In this document: piece by piece, positions 14,080 to 27,200 of the stretch
Layout of the letters: every line of letters begins with the position of its first letter
Numbering within the stretch: position 1 is the stretch's first letter
Assembly: GCF_026210795.1 (NCBI RefSeq)
Contig: NC_089435.1
Span: 2,542,001 to 2,606,000, forward strand
Direction of reading: 5' to 3'
Origin: Rhizophagus irregularis
Lineage: Eukaryota
DNA length: 64,000 nt
Translations under genes and position numbers: made by a program
Notes under the pieces: model-generated
What the model was told of the DNA's origin: nothing
What the model saw: the letters and a program-made list of their open reading frames with translations, nothing else
Databases searched by the model: none

Positions 14080-15960
14080 TAATAGAAACTTTTTTTAACA
14101 GGTGATAATTTTTTTTTTTTTTTTTTTGATAAATAGGAAGGAGATCTCTCGGTTAAGAATTTCCTTTTGAGAATTTTTTCAATAGGAGGATTTGTTTTTA
14201 ATAAAGGATTTCGTTAAAGAATTTTTCTTTAATTGAGAGATAAATAATTTTGCTGAGAATCTTTTTTTTTTTTTTTTCTGATAGAAATTTCAATTTTTTT
14301 TTTAATGGAAAAGATTTTTTTTTTTTTGACAGATCATTTCGTTAGTAAATTTTTTAACAAGGGAGATTTTTTATTTAGAATTTTGGTAAGGAATAGCCGT
14401 TTACAAAAGGTGTTCAGATGCAGGTCACTGTATCGTGGGAAATCACTTGATTTCCCTGATTTTCTCCTTTTTCAAAACTCTGCTTCGTAACAATAAAGAT
14501 TCTCTCGGATTACCAGGTAGATGATATAATTACCATAACTCTACCAGAAAGACTATATCAAGTTAAATATGAAATGATAGTAACGTAAGTATTAATAAAA
14601 TTATTTACATATATACTATAAATTATATACTATATATAAACAGATAACAAAATATTATTCAGAAGAATGTAGACTTGTATCTTGATGAATTGTTCAGGAA
14701 ATGGAAGTTCGAAGTGGCAAGCATATTTCTATTCCTACTCTTTGAAGATTACTAGTTTTATTGTGGAATAACACGAAAAAGAGTTTATATTTCATATTTT
14801 GTATTTTCATATGATTATTTATTTTAGCTGCATAAAATATATAACAAAAGAGCGTAATGAATTACTTCGTAGCGCTTTTATGATACATATAGGTACAATA
14901 TTAATGTGAACAGCTAATTTTCTTAGATGAATAATTTCATGATGGCTTAGAAATTAACACAAGAGTTATAAAAAAAGTGGGACTGTTCGTGGCAAACGTT
15001 ACATATTTTTACTGGCCCTTTCTTTAGATGGCATTATTGCTATGGATATTATTGAAGATGGTTGCACAAAAGTTTTTTGACAAAGTTTTTTATTCGCCAC
15101 ACAATAAATTTAGATAGTCATTAAAATTAGTTATAGGGTATATGTACTTAGTATCCTTATCTCTATGTATTTCTTTTATTTGATTATATAATCTATAATA
15201 TATTATATCCTGTATAAATTTTTAATTAATAAAAAAATGCGTTACTAATTAAAAATATATATATATATTATGCAACATCAAAAAAACCTTCCTTCCTATT
15301 AAAAAAAAGAATTTTTTACCGAAATTCTCAATCATGTAATTTCTATAAAAAGATTCCCAGCAAAATTATTTATCTCCCCATTAAAGAAAAATAATGAAAT
15401 TCTCTATCAAAAACAAACCTCCTATTAAAAAAAATTCTCTAACGAAATTCTCTGCCAAAAAACATTTTCACCTATTAAAAATAACATTCTCAAAAGTAAT
15501 TATTTATAAAGAATAACTCCCTCTTATTAAAAAAAAATTTTTTAATGAAAGTCTTTATCAAAAAAAAAAAATATCCTTTTAAAAAATAATTTTCTAAAAA
15601 AATTATCTATCAAGAAAAAATTCTTCCCTATCAAAAAATTCTCAATGATATTCTCTATCAAAAATAAATCTCTCCTATTAAAAAAATTTTCTAATGAAAT
15701 TATCTGTCAAAAAAATCTCTTTATTAAAAATTCTTTAACGAAATTATCCATCAAAAAAAAAAACTCCTCTATTAAAAGAAATTCTCGCTATCAATAAAAA
15801 AATTCTCTAGCGAAATTTTATGTCAAAAAAAATTCCATCAAAGAAAAGCTTTACCTATATTAAAAAAAAGAATTCTTATCAAAAATTTTATTTTATAAAA
15901 AATCTAATAAAAAAAAGAAAAAAAATTCTTCACGAAAAATTCTAATAAAATTTTAAAACC
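14080..15960. mobile_element. Degenerate element with repetitive inverted arms and an internal Tc1/IS630-like transposase relic (about 14840-15070, + strand)
   Basis: KERNELLRSAFM...EQLIFLDE...RGKRYIFLLALSLDGIIAMDIIEDG; gataaataattttgctg mirrored by cagcaaaattatttatc. Confidence 0.6.
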
Positions 15961-16149
15961 AAAGACTAAAAAATTTTTTTGTCAACCCGTTCTGACGATC
16001 AAAACAGCCAGAATAGAACATGTGATCTTTTTGATACTGTGGTTGATAAAAATCAAATCAATTTTATTATTTGTTATATCATACTGTATGTTAATATAAT
16101 TTCATATACTGCCACCTATTTAATGCTAATATGTAATTGTATTAACTAA

Positions 16150-16190
16150 CTAGAATATGCGATTTGCTGGGGGACTTCGTCCCCCAAATA
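16150..16190 (-). mobile_element. Helitron 3' terminus (element extends to higher coordinates; 5' end not located)
   Basis: Minus strand: TGGGGGAC-GAA-GTCCCCCA hairpin, short spacer, then CTAG|T. Confidence 0.7.
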
Positions 16191-16679
16191 TAACATTTAT
16201 AATTAAAAAAATTCTTTGATATAAATAAATTGAATTGTTACTGAATAATAAAATTTTATTATAATTAGACCCTATAAAAAATCATGTTTTAATAAGATTT
16301 ATACAATTTTTTCTTAAAAATAATGTATCTAAACTATATATAAGGATATAGGAAAATGCACAATTCCATATCACAAAAATGCACCATTTGTATGATTGAC
16401 CATAATTTATACTGAATTTATATTGATTTGATCAAAGAAATTACATAATTTGAGCATAAAATTTACAAGAATTGGTCAATGAATTTACTGCTTAAATTAT
16501 AATTATTAATATTAGTTGCATTTATATGAATTTAATTTTAAATAATAATATTTTATTAAATTATTAAATCAAATAGTATCATGTGATTATAATTAGCCAA
16601 TAATATAAATTAATTTTTATAATTTAAAATAATGACATAAGCTGTAATAAGTGTTCTACAGCTACAAAAAAATGAAATC

Positions 16680-19600
16680 TTATGAAAACTAATATTCAAG
16701 TAGTTTCAACTTGCCTGAACAACTTTCAATTAATAAATAAAGTTGATTTCATTTGCCCAAAGTGGAAATATTACGCTATAAATTAAAAAACAGAAAAGAG
16801 AGTTAATATCATCAAGAAAAATGCAATTTTCTCTGAGCACTACACCTACATTCATGAAAATTAATATTCAAGTGGTTTCAACCTGCCTGAACAACTTTTA
16901 TTTAATAAATAAAGTTGATTTCATTTGTCTAAAGTGGAAATATTACGCTCTAAATTAAAAAACAGAAAAGAGAGTTAATATCATCAAGAAAAATGCAATT
17001 TTCTCTAAGCACTACACCTACATTCATGAAAATTAATATTCAAGTTGTTTTAACCTGCCTGAACAACTTTCAATTAATAAATAAAGTTGATTTCATTTGT
17101 CTAAAGTGGAAATATTACGCTCTAAGTTAAAAAAACAGAAAAGAGAGTTAATATCATCAAGAAAAATGCAATTTTCTCTAAGCACTACACCTACATTCAT
17201 GAAAATTAATATTCAAGTAGTTTCAACCTGCCTGAACAACTTTCAATTAATAAATAAAGTTGATTTCATTTGTCTAAAGTGGAAATATTACGCTCTAGAT
17301 TAAAACACAAAAAAGAGAGTTAATATCATCAAGAAAAATGCAATTTTCTCTAAGCACTACACCCCAATAAAAAGTTTATGTTGGGTTTTTGTAAAAAAAA
17401 CGTAAGATAAGTTAATATAACAAATTTAGTACAATTATGAGCATCCATTTGTACAATATCTGTAATGTTTTCGTATGGTATTTGAAATAAATTTGTTATA
17501 AACATGCATTATTTTTATATAGTATTTGAAAGTAATTTATTATAAATTTGCAATAGACTTGCACTTTATATGGTTTATTCTTCTAAATTTAAAATATAAT
17601 AATCTATTAAACTCGCTTTTTTTTGGCTTGTGCTATTGACCAGAGGTGGCAATGCTGATGTCTGAAATTATGTTTTCAATGTTATTCAAAATTCTAATAT
17701 TGTAGTAGGCTATGTACTTATTATACCAGTAATTTTACAGCTGACATATTCGAAGATTTTGTGATAAACTATCAAGAATAATATACACATGTATAGAATC
17801 CATAAGAGAGGTGCTGGTAGGAGGGTTATCTGTTTGAGAAGGGGAAGCTGTATCAACCAAAGAGTCAGGGTTGGTTTCGGAAGTGATAAAAGTGTTAGTA
17901 ATCGTATTAAGGAGGATGAGGAGCTGTAGAGTTATTGTCAGCATCATAGAGTCATTAGTGCGGGCTCTACATCAAACTTGAAAAGGATATGGAAAATTCT
18001 AGCAAATTAGAACTTTATGAACTAATAAAATTAAACAAATTAAAGCAATTTGTACCTTACCATTATGAACTTCTAACCAATTAAGGGAGTTTGGTTAACT
18101 TTAAAAGGTACAGTTGCTAGAATTGGCTCTTATCCCGCCTAAGTCTCTTAAGGAAATGGTTACTTCTAAGGTTATAGGTATGGAGTTCCGATCCAAAACC
18201 ACATTCTGAAAAAAAAAATTACTTTGGAAAGATGCTTTGATATGAATATAGAGATAAATGTGATTAATCAAAAGTGATTATGAAGATTTTGACATTGAAG
18301 CTGATGATTAATATGAAGTTAAAAATTTTAATAAAATTCATATTAAAACGTGTCTTAAAACATAAGCAATAAAAGTTATAAATAAAATTATTTAAATAGT
18401 ACATACCTCAAAAAAAAATTTTTATATTCATATTGGTGTATCAATTTTCGGATTATGTCATATATGTCGTTATAAAAAATAGAAATTATGGAAGGGATGA
18501 AATGAACCTATGAAAAAGGAAAATGAGATGTGTAAGATATTTAAAAAAATAAAAAAAAAGATGTGTGAAAAGAGAAAGTAAGTCGCATTAAAGGGGAGGA
18601 ATAAAACAAGACGCGTAAAAAAGGGAGGAATAAAACAAGACACGTAAAAAAGGGAGAAATAAAATAAAGACGCGTAAAGTAAGAAGAAATAGAATCAAGA
18701 TGTTTAAAAAGGGGAGGAATAAAATCAAGAAAATCAAGATGCGTAAAAAAAGGAGAAATAAAATAAAGACACGTAAAGAAAGAAGAAATAAATCAAGATA
18801 TTTAAAAAAGGAATAAAATCAAAAAATCAAGACGCATAAAAAAAAGAGAAATAAAATAAAGAAATGTAAAATAAAAAGGGAAAATAAAACAAGATATACA
18901 AATAAGAGAAATAGAGAAATAAACAAAACATGTAAGAAGGGAGAATAGATACTTAAAAAAGATAAAAACGCGTAAAAAAGGAGAATAGAAAGCAGGGAAT
19001 AAGATAACATAAGAAAAAGGAAAGAATAGTATAATGCATAAAAGAATACGGTAATAAGATGCATAAGATGCACAAAGTAAGGGTGATAGAGATGTGTAAA
19101 TAAATATTTGTTATTTACGTACTTCAAATTAAACGAAGTATATCATTACTATTTTAAGTTAAGTATTCCAAGTTTACCGAACTTCAATCTAAAATTGAAG
19201 TAAACAAAATAAAATTTTTTTTAAGAACTTTTTCTTTAACACAAATTTCAAACAAATTTAGAAATCATACAAATTTTGTTTATTAAATGTCATAAATTTT
19301 AATAAATCTTACAATAATTATACGTTTAAACTTTATAAAAAAATAAAAAATGTTTAAATATAACAAATACTATACGAAAATTAGACAATTATTACAAAAA
19401 CTAAACAAAAACCATATGAATTTTATACGAAGACTTTTTACTGGGCACCTACATTCATGAAAATTAATATTCAAGTTGTTTTAACCTGCCTGAACAACTT
19501 TCAATTAATAAATAAAGTTGATTTCATTTGTCTAAAGTGGAAATATTACGCTCTAAGTTAAAAAACAGAAAAGAGAGTTAATATCATCAAGAAAAATGCA

Positions 19601-20575
19601 ATTTTCTCTGAGCACTACACCTACATTCATGAAAATTAATATTCAAGTAGTTTCAACCTGCCTGAACAACTTTCAATTAATAAATAAAGTTGATTTCATT
19701 TGTCTAAAGTGGAAATATTACGCTCTAAATTAAAAAAACAGAAAAGAGAGTTAATATCATCAAGAAAAATGCAATTTTCTCTAAGCACTACACCTACATT
19801 CATGAAAATTAATGTTCAAGTTGTTTCAACCTGCCTGAACAACTTTCAATTAATAAATAAAGTTGATTTCATTTGTCTAGAGTGGAAATATTACGCTCTA
19901 AATTAAAACACAAAAAAGAGAGTTAATATCATCAAGAAAAATGCAATTTTCTCTAAGCACTACACCTACATTCATGAAAATTAATGTTCAAGTTGTTTCA
20001 ACCTGCCTGAACAACTTTCAATTAATAAATAAAGTTGATTTCATTTGTCTAGAGTGGAAATATTACGCTCTAAATTAAAACACAAAAAAGAGAGTTAATA
20101 TCATCAAGAAAAATGCAATTTTCTCTAAGCACTACATCTACATTCATGAAAATTAATATTCAAATGGTTTCAACCTGCCTGAACAACTTTCAATTAATAA
20201 ATAAAGTTGATTTCATTTGTCTAAAGTCGAAATATTACGCTCTAAGTTAAAAAACAGAAAAGAGAGTTAATATCATCAAGAAAAATGCAATTTTCTATGA
20301 GCACTACACCTACATTCATGAAAATTAATATTCAAGTAGTTTCAACCTGCCTGAACAACTTTCATTTAATAAATAAAGTTGATTTCATTTGCCCAAAGTG
20401 GAAATATTACGCTCTAAATTAAAAAACAGAAAAGAGAGTTAATATCATCAAGAAATGCAATTTTCTCTAAGCACTATACCTATATTCATGAAAATTAATA
20501 GTCAAGTGGTTTCAACATGCCTGAACAACTTTTAATTAATAAATGAAGTTGATTTCATTTGGCCAAAGTGGAGAT
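16680..20575. repeat. 172-173-bp tandem repeat (about 4 + 6.5 copies) split by a transposon
   Basis: Unit cacctacattcatgaaaattaat...ctaagcacta at 16843, 17015, 17188, resuming at 19446. Confidence 0.92.
17363..19445. mobile_element. Non-autonomous CCC...GGG TIR transposon (CMC-like)
   Basis: TIR CCCAATAAAAAGT / ACTTTTTACTGGG; 3-bp TSD CAC; the tandem repeat resumes exactly after it. Confidence 0.85.
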
Positions 20576-21189
20576 TATAGTATATTTGGAAAAAGAAGTT
20601 TAATTTAAAAAAATTTTATATAAAAAATAAATGTAATATAAAAATTAAGAACTGAGATGATAAAAATTTGAAAATGACCTGACATAAATTTTTAATTAAT
20701 TTTTTCATTAATTATAAATTCAAGTAGTTTAAAAATAAAAATAGTAAGAAAAAATATTTTTTATGAAATATCACATTATTTTCTAAAAGAAATACACTTA
20801 AATACACTTATAAATTTAATTTGTGATTATGTAATATCCAAATATTTAATCTTACAAATAGAAAAAAATGTAAAAAAATTTATAAAAAAAGAAAAATTTT
20901 TGAAAAAAATTTTCGTCTAACACTTTTTTATTTTGATTATCACAAGATCTACATGATCATCTACACGTTTCAATTTTTTTAACGAAAAAGAAATATATTT
21001 GAATCTATTTTTATTGAAAATCAATAAAGATCAACAAAATCAAATACAAATATAAAACTTATTGTTTGATGCCTCAAGTTAATATGTAGCGAAAGTGGCA
21101 CAAAAATGAATATTTTGTAATTTTATTCTAATGATATCAAAGAAGCAATATTGCAATAACAACGTCTATAGCTATATAGCTATTACAAT

Positions 21190-21243
21190 TGCAATTGCAA
21201 TAGCAATAGCAATAGCAATAGCAATAGCAATAGCAATTGCAAT
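21190..21243. repeat. (GCAATA)n microsatellite
   Basis: Direct reading. Confidence 0.9.
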
Positions 21244-21720
21244 TAGCTATATATATAGCTATATAAAATTGATTCAAAAAAGTTCACATTGAGCATTTCC
21301 GAAATTATGAAAAAATGCATGTAGATCGTATGACAAACTACAAATTAAGCGAAAAAGTGAATAAATTTGGAAGATGATCGTCAGAAATTTATCATCCAAA
21401 AGCATACTATCGCTAAATATAAATATTAATGTCATAATCAAATCTTAAATACTAAATCGTAAAAAAAAAATTATTGTGAATTAAATTTCTTGCGAAAGCT
21501 TGTCATGGTCATGATTAGGGATAGGAATCGATTCTAATTTTGAGAATCGATTATAGAATCGACTAATCGCGATTAATCGAATCTCAAGATTCGATTTAAA
21601 AATTCAATTTTCGGTTTCGATTAATCGATTCTAATCAATATTATGTACTGTACATAAAAATCATGACATTTGGGATGTCACAACATGGTTTTTACATAAA
21701 ATCGAATTTTTTTTATTCTT

Positions 21721-22841
21721 TTAATTCGTGATTCAGATAAGAATGAGTGAGTAATTTTGCGATTCTCAAATGTGGGTGTCCTTACATATGTAAATCCATC
21801 AATTTTCAGCCAAATTGTTTGAAATTTTTGCTGAAAAAACTTTAAGATTGGCTTTATCATATTTAAGTATTTATATAATATTTATAACAACTCTAAATTT
21901 AAAAATAATTTACAAAATAGAAGTAATAAAAAATAAAAAAAAATTAAAAAGAATTTTTTTACAAATTTTTTTAAAAAAAATGCTTGGTTTATATTCAGAA
22001 TATATGTTTTTATGGAGTTTAATCTATTTTTAAACTTTTAAAATTAGTATTTAATTTGTGATTCATGTAAAAATAAGGAGTAAATCACTAATTAAATTTG
22101 AAAAAAACAAAAAAAAACGTGGTTTTGTAATTATCTCGTGATCCAGTAATTCAATTTCAATGAAAATTTTTTTATTGTGTAGCTCTCCAATTTCTCTACG
22201 TAATAAAAAAAAGATTGTTGATATTGGACTAATAGATTGTGAGATAATTGCAAACAATGAGTTTTTTCAGAGGACAGCTGCATTTATCTAATATATTCTG
22301 AAAAAAATCATTTTTGTGATTATCTCACGATCTATTGGTCCAATTTTAAAGATCTTTTTTTTATTTTGTAGAGAGCTTAGAGAGCTACACAATAAAAAAA
22401 TTTTCACTAAAGTTGAATCATTGGATCATAGGATAATCACAACAAATGATTTTTTTATTTACTTAAAATTTAATTAGTGATTTTCTCTATTGGTACATAG
22501 AATACGAATTAAATACTAATTTTAAAAGTTTAAAAATAGATTGCACTTCCCTAAAAACATATATTCTGAATATAAATCAAGAATTTTTTTTAAAAAAATT
22601 CATGAAAAATTTTCTTAATTTATTTTTGATTTCTTATTACGCCTATTATGCAATTATTCTTAAACTTTTGAGCTTTATAAATATTACATTAAATATTCAG
22701 ATATGATAGAGCCAATCTTAAAGTTTTTTCAGTAAAAATTTCAAATGATTTGGCTAAAAATTGATGGATTTATATATGTAAGGACACCCACATTTAGGAT
22801 CGCAAAATTACTCACTCATTCTTATCTGAATTACGAATTAA
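21721..22841. mobile_element. Foldback (long inverted repeat) element, next to a lone hAT-like end TAGGGATAGG at about 21516
   Basis: ttaattcgtgattcagataagaatgagtgag... mirrored by ...ctcactcattcttatctgaattacgaattaa; arms match over several hundred bp. Confidence 0.85.
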
Positions 22842-23081
22842 TATTTACATCATGATTGTCACTCTTGAAAATGGTCAATTTGGCCTTGAAGTAGCTAATA
22901 ATCATGAATTTTCATTCATTAGGCCAAATCGACCACTTGAAATTTGAATACAAAAAGTTGGTGTGCTAAATATTCAGTGCATATATCTACTGATTAATAG
23001 CAATAATAATTATAAATTCACTATTATCTTATTATAAAAGGTGTGTTACTTATAAAAACACTGATTACAACCAAAGAATAA

Positions 23082-23790
23082 ATGGATAATTCTAAAACTT
23101 ATATTAATGGATTTGGTTAGGAAAAGTAATATTAGAAGATTACATCAAATATTGTTATGATTATGCAAACTTTACTAATAAGTAATGCATTATTTGGAAA
23201 GGTTATTCATACAAATTATAAAGATTCTAATACTATTATGTAAAATGTCCATTTAATTTAACTATTAATAAAATTGTTAATGTGGTAAATTGTTTATAAT
23301 ATTATAGGTATACACTGTTAATGCTATATTTCAAAATATAGTTAAAATGCAACATGAAGTTGATTATCATGTGGTACCATCCAATTTTATGGAATCCCAA
23401 AAATGGAAGAAAAATATATATTTGTTATGGAGTATACTTGATTATGGATCATTACAATTCTATTTAAAAGAGAATAGTAATAAACTTGGATGGAACATAC
23501 AATAAATATAGATTAGCACTCCAACTTGCAAATGCTGTAAAATTTGTGCATAACAAGTGAACTATTTACTGTGATTTGTAATATAATAATTTATTGTATA
23601 TTTGAATTTTTTTTAATTTGATTACATCAAGCAATAAATTAATATATATCTTCATTTTAGTAAGTACATTTGTACTTGTACATCAAAATAGAATGTAGTT
23701 AGAAGACTTTTGTTTATCAAGAAAAAAAAAAACAACTGATGCATTACATTATAATCCAGCAGATATCCTTGGTGTAGTTTCTTATCAAAA
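23082..23790 (+). pseudogene. Decayed TKL protein kinase gene
   Basis: Relics of FYGI, VMEY, GSLQFYLKEN, YRLALQLANAVKFVH, IYCDL with frameshifts and stops. Confidence 0.7.
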
Positions 23791-24222
23791 TACTTAATAA
23801 TATTAAAAATAAAAGTCAACAAATATAAATTAAGTACAATCAGCTATTGGAATAAGTATAAAAAATTTTACATTATCATTATAAATGGTTTTATATTATT
23901 ATTTTGAAATAATATATATCTCATAATTGAAAAAGTTATAAAAAAAGATTTATTTAAATTACAAACTAAGAAACTTGTGAAATATTTACTACTCTAGTCT
24001 TAATGTTTAAATAATTCTAAGTATAATAAAAATACATAAGCTAAAAAAAAAGAATTATATAAATTACAAACTAAGAAACTTGTAAAATATTTTACTACTC
24101 TAGCCATAGTGTTTAAATAAATTTAAAAAGAATAAAATAAAAAACAATTTCTTTTGAATGTGTAATATCAAATATCATTTAAAAAAAACTATAAATTTTT
24201 TTTAAAAACAAACAATGATTAG

Positions 24223-27200
24223 TTAATTTTCGTCTGCTTTAATATCTAAATAATTAAATATTAAATAAAATTAATTCACATAAATAATTTGCAAGATTAA
24301 TTCTTTTATATATCATAGTACATACCTAATGACCCCAGACCCTTAATTATATAATCATTCAAATCTTCACTTACTAGCATTTCATTTGCTTTTACACTAG
24401 CTTGTGAATTTTCACTTTCAGGAATTTCATTCAACTTTTTACTAGTATTCTCATCTGAATAATTAAATTAAATTAATTAATTTCATATAAATAATTTGCA
24501 AGATTAATTTTTTATATATTATAGTATATACCTAATGACCTCAAATCTCCTCTAATTACACAATCATTCAAATCTGAATGACTTGCATGATATGCTTGTG
24601 AATTTTCATTTTCAAGAATTTCATTCAATTTTTTACTAGTAAAATCAAGTAAGCGACTTGTAAAACATGCTTTAGGATGAGATTTAGTAGCAAGATTGTT
24701 ATGCCCAATTGGTGCATTTATAAATTCCATAATGTTGCTTTTTAATTCTTCACTGACTTCATTATCATAATGATGGAATTCACGGAAAATCCATGTTGCA
24801 ATAATTTCTGATACTTCTTCTGAAGATGGTCTTTTTAATGGATCTTCATTCCAACATTTTTTCATTAAATCTACATAACATTGTGGAGTATTTTCAATAA
24901 TTTTAGGACGTTCACCTTTACAAATACTTAAGCTAAGTTGAAGATCATGTGCTCTATTATTAAATGGTGGTATTCCAGATGTAAACTCCCACATAATCAT
25001 AGAAAAACTATATATATCACTAGCTGGAGTATAAGATTTGCCTCTTAAAATTTCAGGAGCCATAAATGATATAACACCATAAATATCATATTTTTCCAAA
25101 AACGATTTTACAGGTTGACATAATCCTAAATCACTAATATAAATTTTATCCTTATTCTTATTATCATCATGATTTAAAATATTACCATCATGAAAATCAC
25201 AATGAATAAGATTTTCTTTATGTATCTTACTAAGTCCAGAAATAATTTCATACAACATATATAATTTTTGATTCCAATTATTTTTGACTATACTTGTTAA
25301 ATTTTCTCTTAAATTACCTTTATTTGCATAATCCATTACTACCATATATTTCGATGTATTTGGATCTTTTGTGAATCCATAAAAATTTATAATATTGATT
25401 GAACTTAAAACACTTGTATGATATTCCCACTATAAACAATAATAATAATTTATTAACATAAATAAATTTAAATTTAAATTAAAAATAGAAAATAATATAC
25501 TATCATACTTCTTTCAAAAATTCATTTAAATTTTCATTTAAATTCTTATGACATTTAAGTATTACTTCTCCAACTCCATTTGACCAATTAGCTTTGTATA
25601 TAGTACCAAATCCTCCTTCATTAAGATATTCAACATTTTTAAATTTGTTATAAGGAATCCATTTTAATTCTTTTTTAAGAACAAAATCATCTATAATTGA
25701 ATTTCCACTTTTCCCAAATCTATAAATTTAAATAGTTAATATACTGTAGATTGTATTATAATTTATACAAAATAAATTATTACTTACTCTAAAATTTAAA
25801 TAGGGATTTAATGAAATATAAGTCTTAATTTTTAGATAAATACATATAATAATCTATGACTTACAACTTACCGACTAAAGTAATGGATATTTTTCGAATA
25901 AAAGAATTCAGTTAACAAATAAATATTATATAAAATATATAACAATAGAGACACTTACAAGCTAGATCATAAATAATTTAAGAAATTAGTTAGTTACATT
26001 ATATGTACTAAATATTATAATAATAAGTAATAATAGAATTAAATAAATAACTTACCATCTATAAAATAATTTTTTAAATAAAGAAATTAGTTGGTTTAAA
26101 TTATATGTAAATATTGTAATAATGAGTAATAGTAGAATTAAATAAATAACTTACGAACTATATTATTTAATAATTTTTAAATAAAGAAATTAATTAGTTT
26201 AAATTATATGTAAATATTATAACAATAAGTAATAAAAGAATTAAATAAATAACTTACGAACTATATTATTTAATAATTTTTTAAATAAAGAAATTAATTA
26301 GTTTAAATTATATGTAAATATTATAAATATTACAACAATAAGTAATAATAGAATTAAATAAATAACTTACTATCTATAAAATAATTTTTTAAGTAAAGAA
26401 ATTAATTAGTTTAAATTATATGTAAATATTATAACAATAAGTAATAATAGAATTAAATAAATAACTTACCATCTATAAGATAATTTTTTAAATAAAGAAA
26501 TTAATTAGTTTAAATATTATAACAATAAGTAATAATAAAATTAAATAAATAACTTACACCCTACATTATTTAATAATTTTTTAAATAAAGAAATTAGTTG
26601 GTTTAAATTATATGTAAATATTATAACATAAGTAATATTAGAATTAAATAAATAACTTATGACTTACCAACTAAAATAAATAACAAAATAATTTTTTAAA
26701 TAAAGAAATTAGTTGGTTTAAATTATATGTAAATATTATAACAATAAGTAATAATAGAATTAAATAAATAACTTACCATCTATAAAATAATTTTTTAAAT
26801 AAAGAAATTAATTAGTTTAAATATTATAACAATAAGTAATAATAGAATTAAATAAATAACTTACACCCTATATTATTTAATAATTTTTTAAATAAAGAAA
26901 TTAGTTAGTTTAAATTATATGTAAATATTATAACAATAAGTAATAATAGAATTAAATAAATAACTTACCATCTATAAAATAATTTTTTAAATAAAGAAAT
27001 TAGTTAGTTTAAATTATATGTAAATATTATAACAATAAGTAATAATAGAATTGAATAAATAACTTACACTCTATATTATTTAATAATTTTTTAAATAAAA
27101 AAATTAGTTAGTTTAAATTATATGTAAATATTATAACAATAAGTAATAATAGAATTAAATAAATAACTTACCATCTATAAAATAATTTTTTAAATAAAAA

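Noticed and set aside
18819..19127. Hydrophobic ORF (also 39824-40198, 452-637)
   Set aside because: Antisense reading of A-rich low-complexity DNA
16680..20575. ORFs 17097-17303 and 19700-19906, or a second microexon array
   Set aside because: ORFs arise from the repeat; no consistent donor/branch/acceptor set per unit
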